Positions 10,070-24,567 of a stretch of 64,000 nucleotides of DNA are shown piece after piece. The notes beneath the pieces were generated by a model that ran no database searches, had not been told where the DNA came from, and saw nothing but the letters and a program-made list of their open reading frames with translations. Each line of letters opens with the position of its first letter. Within the stretch, counting starts at the first letter, position 1. Both the position numbers and the translations under genes were made by a program. Where the stretch lies: assembly GCA_013265495.1 (NCBI GenBank), contig MU058718.1, forward strand, positions 310,001 to 374,000, given 5' to 3'. This DNA is from Vicugna vicugna (lineage: Eukaryota).

Positions 10070-12289
10070 AAGGAGTGAACTCTTGAAACAAGCTGAGCAT
10101 TTGCATTCTCTCACCCAAGCTTGGATTTGGGTCCTCGAGAGACCATCAGTCAGTCAGTATGTGTGGCTGCAATGCACCATGTAAATTTGTTCTGCCACGT
10201 GAAATGAAGATAAGAGAAAGCTGATCTGCAGAAACGACTCAGAAGCTGCACAGACAAGGACATTCTGACGTATTAAATGTCTGGTTCCAGGCCCTTTCTG
10301 AGGCCTACTCTCATTTCTGCATTTTATATGTTACTCTTGACCACCTCCACCCCACCACGACCACCACCACCTTTTTAAAATCCTTTTCCTGCTTAGGCTT
10401 ACTGAAGTTGATTTCTGTCACTTGCCACCAAGAGCCCTAATATAGAACGCAAGCCCTCCTCCACGGGGCTTCACTGAAGTCCGTGTGACTCCTTGTGGAC
10501 GCTGGGTTCTCTGCGTGTACTGCTTGAGACCTGAACCAGAGAGAACTGGCTTTCAGTGCTGTTGCCATAGCTACTGCTACTTGACTCGTGTGCCAGGACT
10601 TCCCCACTGAATCCCACACTGCTCATCCACAACTCAGGGGCCTGGGAGACACCCACCTCCTCGGAAGTCTTTTCTGGGAACCTGGCATTGGACTGCAGTT
10701 TCTCTGCTAGGCAGCCTGTCCACTGTCTTGCTCAGACACTAGACTCACTCAGGTCCACGATTTTCTGGTCTCCATCTCCAACAGACACTCGTGGGTGCTG
10801 GCCTCCACCTTGCTGCATTCCCCAGGACTGTCATCCTGCTTGCTACCTACCCCTCAGCGATTCTGTCCTCTTCTTTTCTCCCTCCCGGAATCATACACAC
10901 ACCCTCCAAAGTCACACAACCGCGTCTCCCCCCACTGCAAAACCACATAGGCTCGCTTTATATGGATTCCTCCCAGCCTTTTACTAATACTGGAACAGTC
11001 CAAATACTCCCTGGGTGCGTCTTCTCCAAGCTGCCAGCCTGTTAGGTTAGGGAGAGCAGAGAGGAGGAAGTCAGCTGGAAAGCACGTCTGTGCTGTCGAT
11101 AAACATCTCCTCTGTGGAGCCACAGCACTGACACAACTGTGGACACTGCCAGGGCTGTGGCAGGGTGGGGCGGAACAGGACTGACGGCTCCTTGCTCAGA
11201 GATCCTTCCAGATCTGCACACTGGCAATGTGCTGTGCATATTTTCAATGCATCTGCTAGTCAGCAAACATAAATATCTCCGTGGAATAAAGTGGGAGATC
11301 TGGTTTGTGCAGAAATAGGAGAACATGGAAGAGGATTGCCTCCTCTTTGCACTTTTGAAGGGCAAACATGTGCTTTGAACCCACAAGGGCAGAACCAAGG
11401 TCAGAAATCTCGAAGAGAAATGAAGAGGCATGTAGTTATGCCTGGCTGTTTACTATAAACTGTGGAAATGTATTGCCTACAGAAGCACATTCTGAATCAC
11501 ACCTAGAGCATAAGGCAGCAAATAGTGATAAGCACTCTTCAGAAGAGGCCTAATTCTTTCTAATCCAAGTGGTAAATCAAAGCTCTCCAAATCCCTTGTT
11601 ATCATGGGATTCATGATCATGGGACCCTCAGAGCTACTTGCCCCAAAGTAAAGGTCAAGGGTCTTATAATCCAATAGGGAGCTTTTGCATGTTTCTGCTA
11701 AATCTAACATAGTATTGGGGATAGGGGAGGAATTAGGCCATAAAAAGTGCAGTTCATGTTTATAGAGATGAGAATGAGAATGTACTGGTCTAAGAGCAAG
11801 AAAAAATGTACCTGCTACTGGTACAGCATTCCAGTAGGTTTTCTGTTATTTATTATCTCCCTTGCAGATAAACAACAGTTTCAGCCAAAACCATTATCAG
11901 TGCCCAGTGTTCATTCAGCCTCTGCCAACTCACTCCTTCCATCATTCATTTGTCATGTCATTGTTCAGACATGATCATGCCTACTATTTTCCAGATACCA
12001 TGGTAGAAGTGGAGGACATAAAAGTAAGTAAGACAGCTTCCCAAACAACACGAAACCTTCTCTCGTGAGCCTTCTGTGCCCTCAAGGAGCCCCCAACTAT
12101 TGGGTCAGGCACACACACAAAAACTAAGTACAGTACCATGTGATAACCGCTGGAGTAGAGGAGTCTGACACATTCTGTGGGAGGAACAAGTTCCTCTTCA
12201 TGGGAGTGGGAAGAGGTGCAGCAGGCCAAGGGAAACAGCCTGACCAAAGTCACTGGGGGTAAGTGTGCCAGGCGTGGTGGCAGTGATAG

Positions 12290-12530
12290 GAGTGAACATT
12301 TACATTGGGTTTATTATGTGCCAGGAGCTCTTGTAGGAGTTTTCCATCCTTTAATTCATTTAATCCTCACAACAACCCTATGAGCTAGGTCTGATTATTT
12401 TTCTCATTTTGCTGGTGAGGAAACTGAGGCACAAAGAGTCAAATGACTTGCCCAGGGTCATACAGAGGAGCAGAGTTGAGGTTTGAAACTGGGCAGGGAG
12501 GCCTCAGGTCTATGCCGTGAACCACAATGT
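12290..12530 (-). mobile_element. MIR SINE
   Basis: tttaatcctcacaacaaccctatgag...gaggaaactgaggcacaaagagtcaaatgacttgcccagggtcatacag. Confidence 0.85.
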
Positions 12531-14057
12531 TCTTCTGCCTGATCTGGGAGCACATGGGGCATATGGCGGTAGGTAGGTGTGCTGCAGTCAGATTCTAAAT
12601 GGCCATTAATGACATGTGCTTTATCCTGGTATGTGGGAGCACTTTTAAAAGTCATGACTGGACAGATCTCTGCTTTAGAAGGATAAAGCCAGGGCTGATG
12701 AATTGGAGAAGAGAAATTTAAAAAGGCAACCCAGAGACTATTGTAACACTGTGAAAGGGGGCTGAAGCAGTGGCAGTGGGAGCAGGAGAGGGTTATTTCA
12801 TTTGTTTACCAGGGAAGTTTTAGAGCAGATACCTGGCATGTGTACCGTCACCCAGAGCAGCACTGATAGCTGAACCCAGCGCTTTTTCTTGGTGAGGTTA
12901 GATGCTGCCTCAGCTTCCTTTTCAACACAGCAATGCTCCAGGAGGCCACTACGAATTAGAGTCGGTACTTTGGATGAAACCAACTTGCCATCCCTTTCTG
13001 GGATAGACACTTCAGGTTTGGACTCTGATAGAACTCAGTGATAGATCTGAGGGGGAAAGGGTGGTCACACAGAACCTGGAGGCTTCTGACTTGGATGCCT
13101 GAATGGAAAGTGATACTATTGATTGTGATAGAAAACAGAGGAAAAGCAGGATGGAAGGGAAAACCATGAGTTTTGTTTCATACAGCCTCAGATCTGAAGT
13201 CCCACAGGGCATCCGAGAGGAGAGGTTGAGATGGGAGTATGGGTCTGAGCCCAGGAGAGACTCAAACTGGTGCTGTGATTAGAGGAAGTGTCACGGAGGT
13301 GGAAAGTGAGCGGCATCTCCCAGAGCGGACAGAAGACAAGGCTGAGGAGGGAACCCTGGCAACACTAGTCCCTCCACCCGTGGAAGGAGAAAGAAGGGGG
13401 CGCGGTCTGATGGGGAAGGAGCATTCACAGATGGCGGTAGGGCTCTTAGATACTGGGAGAGGTAAAGAGCAATGATGAAGCTGCGATGAGGATTCAAAAT
13501 GGGGGTCCTCGCTGGCAACCCTGAGAGAGCATTTCAGTTGTGCAGCGTAGGCGGGAACCAACTTACGTGTTTTGGTGGCTGAAAAAAGGTGAGGGAGTAT
13601 AAAACTATTCTGTCAAGATGTTTGGAGGCAGGGTTAAAGGGAAAAACCAGGGCACGCTGCTGACAGGGAAGCAGGTGAACAGGGTGAAATTGATATTGAA
13701 GAGGGGAAGCAGTGGTATATCAGGAGGCAGCAAGGATGAACTAAAAACAAGGTGGACTTTTTCTTGGCAAGATAAGCACTTACCACAGAGTGTAATCTTA
13801 CATCGATTGGTGTGATTCTTACTTTCAGTCCAAGGCTCTTTTTTTTTTTTTTTGTCATTATTTTATCCCTAGCGCCCAGTGAAACACCAGGCACTGAATG
13901 AATACATGCTGAATAAGGAGAACAAACGGTTGAGTGGTATCCTTCTTCTTAAACTTGAAGGAAGGAATCACTAGGATTAATGTTCTAGTAGGACTAATGT
14001 CGATAGCAGGGGGTGGGGAAAATCATTTTTAACTGGTGATAAAGAAGGTGGTGAAGT

Positions 14058-14183
14058 GAGGAGGGTATAGCTCAGTGGTAGAGCACATGCCTAGCATGCA
14101 GAAAGTCGTGGGTTCAATCCCCAGTACCTCCCTTAAAAAAATAAATAAACCTAACCCCCCCTCAAAAAAAATTAAAAAAAAAA
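14058..14183 (+). mobile_element. tRNA-derived SINE (Vic-1-like)
   Basis: Pol III A box (tagctcagtgg) and B box (ggttcaatcc), A-rich tail, perfect 16-bp TSD AAAGAAGGTGGTGAAG (14041-14056 / 14184-14199). Confidence 0.95.
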
Positions 14184-17100
14184 AAAGAAGGTGGTGAAGA
14201 GTGCGGGTGTGGACAGCGGAACTGGTGATCCAGTTATGATCAGATCTGCCAGAACTCGTTTAAAAGCTTCACCAGAATTTTCACTTTTAAAGTCAAAGAA
14301 AGGAAGGCAAGAGAGAATATTTCCTTTAGAAGTACACACTGAAAGTCGTGTGACTAAGGATTTCTGAAGCTCAGTGATTAAAGATAGATGTGGTACTTCC
14401 TTTATAATTTTCTCTTCTTTCAAGAGATAACACACCCCTCCCCCCAAAGAGATAACACCCAAGATAAACATAGGGTAACAAGCTCTGTCTTCTAGCATTT
14501 CTCTGATGTGCAGGTTTCTCAAGTATATAGAGGTGTACTACTCTTTCAATGTAAATGTGCTCAGGTCGGGGGGGAAAAAGTGTTCCTTCCATGTGTGTCT
14601 TTTTTTCCCCCTTAAAAAAAGTTTTAATGCTTTCCCTTTGCCATACCCTGTGGGGAAACAAAATTACATAGCTGTTTGCCAAAAAACACAGTTCTGGCAG
14701 CTACATCATCATATTTGTGCCTCTTTATAATTAAGATGAGGGTTGAAAAAATATTGTTATTCTTTAAATGATATTATAGATTCTGTATTATTCCTTTTCC
14801 TCTTTCTCATCTGCTCATCTTTTTCTGAAGGGTAGGCACTTCCTCATATCAGTAATTTCTAGGTTACTGAGATCTTTAGACAGCTCTCTCTAACTCCCCG
14901 TCCTCCTCACCTCTTCATATTTTCAGCTGTCAGTGAACTCTGGGGCAGGAATCAGGTCCACCAGTCCAGGACACAGACCAGGTCCCGGGGCCTCAGATTT
15001 CCCACTTCTATAAGAGACGGGACCCCTGTTTTTCATGGGGACTGTATAGGTCGACTGCTAACTCCTCAATTCTCTCGAAACAGATCTGAGATTCTTAGAG
15101 AAGAGGTCTGAGTAAGGAAAACCCGACAAGGTTTTGACTCAGAGGTCAGCTGGCCTCATAGGAGTCTCCAGCGTGGGTCCCCACAAAGCTGGAGGAGAAG
15201 CAGATTCACCCATTCCAAAGAAGTGGGTCCCTCTGACCATCGTTCCCTATAACCAAACTCTTACAGAGTAAATGTGTGAAGGTTTGGGGTTAGGTCCCTT
15301 TGGCTGTTTTTAAAAAGAGGGTGCTGGCAGTTCCTCACATTATCACATGGCATCAAATCATGTGCTTTTGTGTTTAGACATCAGGGCACCTCCTATTCCT
15401 GGCTCAGTGGGTTTAGAGGCGTGTGTCATATGCCCAAGCAAGAGTCTCTCTGTGGCATCCCTGCTTTTTCTGTTGCTACAGGTGAGTGTGTCCATGCATT
15501 TAGAAATAGGGCATCCTCACAATTCTATTGCATATGAGGACGTCAGAGATAGAACTCAAGTCAAATAGCTTGGTTTATTGGCTGAGTTGGCAGTAAAGAC
15601 TCTCACAACCCAGCAGACCTGCTTCAGACAAGGACAGAGTCTTGCATCTGGGTGTAGCCTCTCAGGGCAGGTCAAAGCTCCAGGCTCGATTTGAAGTCAA
15701 AGGATGAATGGACAGTTTGGCAGTACTCAAAGCTGTAACGTGCTATGGTTCAGTCCTCTGTGCATCTGGGTCTGGTAGGGGACAAGGACGGAGGCCTGGG
15801 TGGGGTTGGGGGCAAGAGGTCCAATCCACATATCTACACAGAGCCTCAAATTTGGACTTCTGCAAATAAGGTTATGAACTCAGACACAAAGTTGTACTTA
15901 CTGGAGGGAAAGAAGACAGTATTCATCATGTAATTTTAGTTTTAAAAACATAAACATTAAAATATACCATGATTTTAAAAACTTGTTTAGCCATTTGTTC
16001 ATTTTTTAATGCCCTAGGAGCCTCAAAAGTGGAACTGACCTGCCTGCCCTCTGCTTTCCTGCTAGCAGAGGGGCTGTTAGTGTTGACTGAGTAACTAGGG
16101 GCCAGGGAGTCTGAATAGTCCGTGCTTATGGAGAGTTTAACCAAGAGAAACAGTTCTACACCCTTTTTCTGGCAGTCAGCTGTCCTCGGTTGTCCCCCAG
16201 GGGTGTGCTGCTCCAAGAGGACCCCAGCCAGCTGCTCCCACCCACATCAGGGCTGCCGGAACCCCCATGGGCCCCACGCAGAGCCCCACAGCTCCAGCAC
16301 AAGCCTCAGCTTCCTGCCTGCCCCCGCTGCCCCTTGAGTGGCTCCACCCATCTGCAGAGCACCGTGGGCGGTGAGGAGACCAACATATACCTGGAAGAGG
16401 GCACATGAGAAGAGCCCTAATAATAGTGCAGGCTTCTCCCTCTGCATGAGGGGAAACAAATCCCACGATGATTTACATGCTTGTTTTGCAACAGAGCTGA
16501 TCTCTCGCTGCTCCCCAAGGCCTTTGGGATGAAAGACAACAGTAATGATCATTCCTCCGTGGGCTGTTCACACATCATCAGTCATTGAAGCTGCACTTGA
16601 AGCCTTTCATCTAGAAATACATTGAGGTTAATGAATTCAGGGTATCACTGTAATCAGCCACAGAGCATTGGCATTCAGTCTCTTTCAGTTAAACAGTGAA
16701 AGGCCCAGGACAGCAGAAGTCACCAGTGAAGACAGATGAACAGGAGTGAGAGGAATGGTAATCTCTTTTCAATTCAACCCAGAAAGTATGTATCTAGGCT
16801 TACTCTGTGTAAGCACTGTGCTGAGTCTCCGGAGGAGAGAGAATTTGCTTCTTGTCCTCAGAGACCTTGGAACAGTTTGGTGTCATTCAGACTGCAAGCT
16901 TTGGAGGCAGATAGACCAGCGTGTGAAAGTGCTTGGCCGAGAAACAGTCACATAAGGGATCTGAGTGAAGGGTGTGGTTCCTTTTCTTTTTTTGCCAGAA
17001 GCTTTGCTCTCACCGGCCCTTTCAAGGACTGGCCTCATGCCCTGGAGTCTCAGTTACTGGCTGTGTCCCTACACTGCATTGCCAGAGCTGGCAGAAGCCA

Positions 17101-18016
17101 GGGACCCTCCTGGCCATCTGCTCAGGTCTGCTCCTTGTAACTCGACACCGTGCTCCTTCTGCTCTCCAGGATACTTATCTGTGGCCAAAGCTGAACTTCC
17201 TAGTTGCTGCCTTTCTGAATTTCTAGGATTCATCCCTAATGTGGCCTGTCATGATATGAATTCCATCCAAGGTATGTCAGTTTTACTGTTCAAATAACAT
17301 CTGATGTCCTCAGCTCTGGGCAAATCGGACTTCTTAAACTTCACCTTTGATCATACCACACCTGTTCAGAAACTATCAGTGACTCCCTATGACCTCTAAA
17401 TTAAGATGAAATCTTAGCCTGAGGGTCTCAGTGTGGCAAGACCTAGCCTAGCCCACCTCTTTTTATCTTTCTTCCCACCTGTGTGTAACATATCAGCCTT
17501 AGTGTCTCCACCCGTAGTGGACTAATTCCATTGCCTGAGTACGTTCTGACTCAGGAAACTTCCTGTGTCCTTTGCTCTTGTTGGACTTTGGTGGCATTTC
17601 CACATGGGAGGATAGACGGAGATGGAGGAAGATGGCTAAAGGAACAATATTAATGAAGACATAGGTACGGGAGGGTATGGACACCAGAGAGGAGATACAT
17701 TTGGTTACTGGATATTGGGCACTTAAAATCCCAGAATCACAGCCATTATAGGTACCAAATGTATCATCTGATCTAGCCCTGGCCTTCATGCTGGGGAAAT
17801 ATTTTTGTTCCTATTCTAGATATTAGACCACTAGAGCTCAGAGAGTTTAAAATGATGTAAATTGAGGTAGGGAGAGAAATGTTTAGACAGACAAATTGAG
17901 GTCATCCTATAGGAGCCTTGAATGCCTTGTTAAACAACTTGTGCTACATTCAGTCGATGATGGGGACTATTGAAGGATTTCACTGGGGTAGTGACATCAT
18001 TAGAGCTATGTTGGCT

Positions 18017-18198
18017 CAGTGCTTTCAAACTGTGGGATGTGATCCATAAGTGGGTCACAAAGTCAGTTTTGTGGGTCATGAATAAAAAAAATCAGGGTTC
18101 AGTGTTGCTTTGTGAGATTTGTATGTGTATACTGGGTTGTGAGGTAAGATACATTTCTTATTGTGAGTCATGGGCAAAAATTTTTGAAAGCCCCCAGA
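18017..18198. mobile_element. hAT-Charlie-type non-autonomous DNA transposon remnant
   Basis: Begins cagtgctttcaaactgtggg and ends tttgaaagcccc, an imperfect terminal inverted repeat typical of hAT MERs. Confidence 0.55.
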
Positions 18199-20131
18199 GT
18201 TAGGAAGATTACTCTGATGATAAATCATAGGCTGAATTAGAGTTGCAGAGGAAGAACCTGGAGGCTGGGAGTCTAGTTCGGATGCTCTTGCCATAGCCCC
18301 AGTGGGCAGTAAGAAGGATCTGAATGGGAAGGAGAAGCCATGGGGTGGGGGACGGAGGGGGGAGGACATGAGATATTCTCTGGGGTAAGAATGTAGGGTT
18401 TCAGGATGTTGGATTGTGGGGCTCAGGGAGAGGGGAGAACCAGTCAGGGATGACTAAAAGCCACACTTGGGTGCTTGGGAAATGCTGGTGCCCACAGCCA
18501 AGGGGGACTGTTGGGAGGAGGGCGTGGTTTGAGGACCAGCACAAAAGACGGATGGAAAGGTGCACAGCCACCATCAGGTAGATCCCAGCAGGAGAAAGAA
18601 TCCACTGACATGGTTCTGGTGCAGAGACTGAAGGAAGAAGGGAGGATTTCCAGAGCTGTGCGCAGGCTTCAGGGAACCAGCCTGGTATGATGAGGTGCCC
18701 AGAGATTAACCACAGTGGGACACTCTGCCTCTCAGATTCCTCTGGGCCGCAAACTCATAGCACACCACTCCCCAGCTTCTATTCTGTTCTTCCATCCTTG
18801 AAACCAGTACCTGGCTGCCACTTGGTTTGTCACTGTCATTACACCTACTGCTACTATTATTTCTACCCTCAAGGTCACAATAGGCAAACACGTATCAAAC
18901 CCTTATCCCGAGCCAAGGGCTTTACATGCATGATTTCATTTAATCATGTTCGCCTCATGAGTTGGTCCTATCTGTATTCCAACTGTACAGATAAAGTAGA
19001 AACTCAGGGACATTTAAACACTTGGCCAAGTTCACACAGTTAAAGTGGCAAAGCTGGAATGGGAAGCCAGGCAGTCAGTTTTTTGACCACTCAGTCACTG
19101 CAGTGTCCTCCTAATTACTGAGAAATAGAAGATACTAAAGGTAACAAATGATGGGGCAGTTAAGCACAGCAAAACTTGTAAGTCAGTCCTTGGCAGTGTC
19201 ACGCTTTGGTACAAGTGGGACCCGGCATCTTGTGGTCCCACTTCCCCAATTCCTTTTTAGACCTCCAGTGGGACTTGTTGGTCTAGGTTTTATCTAGAAA
19301 ATCATCCTCCCACTCATGCACTGCCTACGTACGAGATGGGCGGCTGGAGTCATGGCTCTGCGTTTCAGCTAGGGGCGGGATCGGGTTGCCCTAGTTGCCT
19401 GACTGCGAGCTGCGCAGCCTCTTTCAGAAACTCCTCCTCAGTTTTCACTATGATTAAGGCCTCTTGGTTGCCCCTCGGCCCTTTTACTCTGCAGCGGCTT
19501 GAATCCAGTGGACGTTGGGAGCCCTCAGGACGCTGCACTGATTGTTGAGTCGCCTCTTTCTGCTCCCACAGCCTCTTCCACATCTCATCGTGAAGTCCTG
19601 CTTTTTCCATGGTCCAGTTCACATCCCTCTGCCGTGTGCCTGTGGTGTGTGTCACCAAACCAGGTGTTAAGGCTGGCTCTATCCTAAGTCTAAATTTACG
19701 CAATCCAAGCAACTTTCTGAACCTCATTTTTCCAGCAGCTGAGTGGCCCCAGCCCAGATCCCAGGACCTGTCTGCCTTCCACCTGTACATCCCACAGCCC
19801 CAACCTGACCACCATCTTGTACTTCTGCCCCCTCTGGACCTCTCATGAGGCCCTCTTCTCACGTCAGAAGGGCCTGATGTCCGGCTCAGCTCATTGATCT
19901 GAGAGTCCCATGGAGGATGGAGCAAGGCTGCCCCCAACCCCGCTCACGCCCACAGCCCCGTGCTCTCTCCCAGCTGCCTTCTGATGACTCACTGCCCTCA
20001 CACCCATGCCTTCCCTCCCCGCTTTATTTCAGGAAGTGACTTTTGAGAATGGTCTCACTTTTTTTTTTTAAACAATAGAATACTTCTCACCTGCAGAGAA
20101 TAAGATACAACAATCCCTAATGCTGTTAATA

Positions 20132-20177
20132 ACACACACACACACACACACATACACACTCACACACACACACACAC
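20132..20177. repeat. (CA)n microsatellite, interrupted
   Basis: acacacacacacacacacacatacacactcacacacacacacac. Confidence 0.95.
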
Positions 20178-20624
20178 TCCAAATAAGGCTTTTAAAAACC
20201 AGACTTACAAGGTAGGGGACAGGTAGGGCTCTTCTGGTGAAGGTGGTGGAGTGTTAACTACATGTGAAAATCCGTGAGCCCTAGACCTAAGAATTGTGCA
20301 CTTGACTGTAGATAAGTTATTCTTCAAAGTCCCATTAGCTGAAAGACAGAGAGAAGCAGGGGGAGCCCAAGAAGCTTTACCCCAAGATTTACTCAAAAAC
20401 CTGTCAGCAGAAGTTTATGTGCCAGTGGTTTTCACTGTGTTATAATTTAGTGACTAACACAGCTGCATGTTTGTGTTTTGAATTGTAGTTTTTAAAAAAT
20501 AGTTTTAAATATATATTAAAAATGAAATCCAAGTATATTTAAAATATAAAATTCAAATCAAGTACAGTTAAAAGATGGGTGACCCAACACTCGTTCCTGG
20601 CAATCCTCAAAATCTCATGGAAGA

Positions 20625-20754
20625 GGGGAGGGTATAGCTCAGTGGTAGAATGCATGCTTAGCGTGCACAAGGTCATGGGTTCGATCCCTGATACCTCCAT
20701 TAAAAACAAAAACAAACAAACCTAATTACCTCCCCCCACCAAACAAAACAAAAC
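20625..20754 (+). mobile_element. tRNA-derived SINE (Vic-1-like)
   Basis: ggggagggtatagctcagtggtagaatgcatgcttagcg...ggttcgatccc, tail motif aaacctaattacctcccc; degenerate TSD aaatctcatggaaga / aaacttatggacga. Confidence 0.92.
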
Positions 20755-23700
20755 AAACTTATGGACGATTTAAGACACTCTGGGTGGCCACAGATGACCA
20801 AATGACTGGAGGTCAGACCAGTGCAAGCACATTATGCATGGTCCTGTGGAAAGCACATCAGCTTCTGTATGTACCCGCCTGCATTCAAATCCTAACTCTG
20901 CTGGTTACCTAAGGTCCTGCAGCTGGTACCTTGTCAACTATACAGCCCCAGTTCCCTCATCTGTAAAATGGGTACAGTGCCACCTGCCTCAGAGTTGTTG
21001 GGGAATTAAGTGAGACCATGACTAAACTGTCCAGCACCCTTGGCTGCCCCCCAACAAATGTTAGCTCTTGTCTCTTCTGTGTCCCAAAATGCAGCAAAGT
21101 ACACCAGGTTTAGAGAGGGTCCGACTACCTTCAGTAAGGTATACCTTTTGACTTGTTTTTCCAGAGGCAAAAATGAATTTTACATCTTTTCATGCACAAC
21201 CACACCTGGCCCTCCTCGCTGCCAGTCACACATTTGCAGGACTATACACAGGCCCTGGGCAGAAACATTCAACACAAGCGAAGTTGCTGGTCATCCTTAC
21301 TTTAGAGAGAAAATGACCAGAATGTGAGTGGAGCAGACTGCCTGTTCCAGGTCCTGACTCCACATCTACAGGTGCAGAGCAGACATTTATTAAAGGATGG
21401 GAGGGACTTTCTTGTCTTTCTGGGTTTCTCCTTCCTTTTCTGTCTCTTCTCGGGCCAGTGGAAGAAAAGGAAGGAAGGGGGAGAAAAATAACCAAAGGCA
21501 AAAAGGCAGAAAGCATCCCTCATACTTTCATCATGAGAGTGAAAACAAGTGTCTCATAGCTTATTAAATGCAGGTTCAAGATGTCCTACTGGGGAGGTGG
21601 TGTCCACACCAGAGACAGGAGTGGCCATCACATCAGTGTGTGTTAGACTCGGCATTCTGGGTTTGTGTGAGCTCCTACCATTTGATCTATTGGAAGCATT
21701 TACTCATAAGGATGAGCACTTTGCTTGGTCCCATGGCCAGATCGTTGCCTGAAAGAAATGATTTTGAGCTATGAGGAAAATATGTCTGCCTTGTGAACCT
21801 TCAGATTTCAGCAAACCTGCCTTTCAGATGCTGCTGCTCCCTAATACACTGGATTTTCTTCCAGTTTCAGAGGTCTGAAGCAGTTATGCACTGGAAGCAG
21901 ATCTCAATTTCAGAGCACTCCCCTCTGCCCGGGCACTCGGGGTATGAAGGGCTACATTCTGCTTTGGTAAACTCTGTCCAGCTGGGAGTTCAAGATCCAG
22001 AGTAGTTAGAGCTGGAGACTAGAGGCTGGTAAGAGATTTACCAAGACTCCCCATGAGAGGTTGCTTCTCAATCTTCAGCCTGTGTTGTAAGTTAAGGTTT
22101 TGTGCCCTTTCTCTGCCGAAACCCTCAGACTCTAAAAGGCATTTGCCTTTCCAGAGGCCTCTTCTTTAGCTGTGTCAGGTAGGCCATGGGCCAATCTGAC
22201 GTGGTGCAGTTCTGACCGGCTCTGCTGGCCTTTTATTTCACTCTCACAGACCTGGTGAATGCCTTTGTGAACTGGCCTTGAAAAAGTTTTACAGACTTCA
22301 CAGTCTAGATTTTCTCTGCCAGTTTTCTGTTTGCTTGTTATGCTGCAAGAATGTGACCTAACAGCCTCCACACCCTATGACTCAGCCTCGCTCTAGTGAG
22401 TTGTGTGTTCCAGGCCTCCCAGGGCAACGCCTCCTCTAATGTCCGCCAGGTGCTGCCCAGTGTGAGCCAGGGTGGGAGTCAGAAACACTCCCCACAGGCG
22501 CGCAGAGGGGAAGAGAAGGTGAATTCCGGCCTGTTCCGCTCCCCAACACCGCAGTCAGGCTTGGCCCTTCTCAGGCACAGCCTGGGCGGGGTGCGTTAAG
22601 GGTTAGGAGGAACTTACACAGTGGGATGGATTTTGAAGGGAACTGGCAGAGTGGCTACGTCTCACCTCGGGAAGAAGCAGTTGATATCCACCTGGGGGCT
22701 GTGTGAAGAAGCCTGTCTTACTTTCAGCTAATTGGTCTTTGATATGTGGGACATTCAATTTACTGGGTGGGGGGGAATCTGACTGTTAAGCTTTTGGAGG
22801 CAAACTGGAGGAAATCATATAATTAGCAATTCAGAGATTCTCAGAATCTTTGGCCAAAAAAAAAAAAAAAAAAGATGACAGAGGAAAAAAAAAATCACTG
22901 TGCTCTGGAGTGTGGCAGAAGGCCAAGCACTGGATAATGGCTACAGAACAGATATTAATGCGTTATGTTTTAACATACGCTTCTCTCTGGGAAGGAATTG
23001 CTTAGGGAGAGCTTATGCCTGAAGTACTACTCTTACTACACGAGAAAACCTTAAGTGCCTTTACCTTAAACTCTTTCACCAGATTTTAAAAATTCAGGCC
23101 TCCTTGCAAAAGTGCAAGCACACTTCAATCTCTTGATGGGCTGTAACAAAAGCAGAAGACTTAAACAATAGTTTTATGAAAAGAGATGAAATCTGAGCAC
23201 CATTCAGATGTTTACCAATGATTCTCTGTTTGCTGCATGGTATCTATGAATCATCTGACACAAAACAGCTGTTATGGCCTCTCTGCTGTAAGGACGTGAT
23301 GGGCTCTGCCAGGAACTGCACCCCAGTTTGTGGTCTAGTCGCTGACAGAATTTACATAATACAAGTTCCTGCCAACTCAGCCTACCCCACGGGGTGGTGG
23401 GGGGCTACCGCTCACCTCCTGCAGGCCCTGGGATGGCCCTACTTTGGGCTGGCTCTGCCCCAGCAGGAAACACAGGCCTCTTGGCTGTTAGTGCCAGCGT
23501 GCTAGCTCCCAACCACACCCATAGGTTTGTTTGCTTCCTTTTGTTTTGGAGAGGATCTTTTTATTTTTATATAATTTCAATTTTACAGAAAAATTAAAAG
23601 AGCAGTATAAGGAATTCCTAAAATCTTTGGTTCATTTGTTTGCATTTTTGCCTTATTTGTGCTTTCTCCCTCTCCCTCCCTCTTTCTCTCCACCCTGCCT

Positions 23701-24500
23701 CCCCTTCCTCCCTCCTGTTTAAGAGTAAGTTGGAGATGTGATGCCTCTTTACTCCTAAACTCTCCAGTGTGCATGTTCCATGAAGACATTCCCTTACCAC
23801 AGTTCTGTTAACACAATCAGGAAACTACACATTAATACAATACTACTATCTGTTTCATCAACTGTCCCCAAAATATCCTTACTGTTTTTTTTCTCCCCCG
23901 CGTCCAAGATCGAATCCAAGACCACACACAGCACTTAGTCATCAGGTCTATTTATTTTCCTTTGTTCTGGAACATTTCTTCAGCTTTCCTTTGTGTTTCT
24001 TGACCCTAACATTTTAAAAGAGTACAGGCCAGTTATTTTGTAGAATGTCTTTCAGTTTGGGTTTGTCTGGTGTTTCCTCAGGATTTGATTCCAATTAGGC
24101 ATGTTTCGCAGGAATATCACAGAAATGGTGGTGTGTCCTCCAAGCATTCTAATCGGGGGCACGTGATGTTGGATATTGGTTTCTACCAATATAATGATGT
24201 TAGGTTTATTGACTTGATTATGTGGTTTCTGCCACTGTGAAGTTACTATTTTATCCTTTGTAATCAATAAGCAATGGAGGGAAGAATACTTTGTAACTCT
24301 GTAATTATCCTATTCTTTTAAACAAACTTTTACCTATCAGTTTTAGCATCCATTGATGATTTTTTACCTCTGCCATTTTGGCGTTCTACTGTAATGAAGA
24401 GGTTTCCCTTCACCTCCATTTACTTATGTATTCTTTTATTTATTTATATCAATATGGATTCTTATTTTATTCACTGGGGTATAATCCATTACAAACTTAC

Positions 24501-24507
24501 TTTCTTT

Positions 24508-24563
<56 letters not shown>

Positions 24564-24567
24564 TTTC
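24501..24567. repeat. (TTTC)n microsatellite, likely derived from the retrocopy poly(A) tail
   Basis: Perfect TTTC run directly downstream (minus strand) of the RPL31 AATAAA. Confidence 0.9.

Noticed and set aside
14058..14135. tRNA-Ala-like sequences (here and at six other sites)
   Set aside because: Each has an A-rich tail, TSDs and scattered substitutions; they are SINEs, not tRNA genes.
19365..19937. 190-aa minus-strand ORF
   Set aside because: Non-ATG start, no homology I recognise, no clear splice signals.
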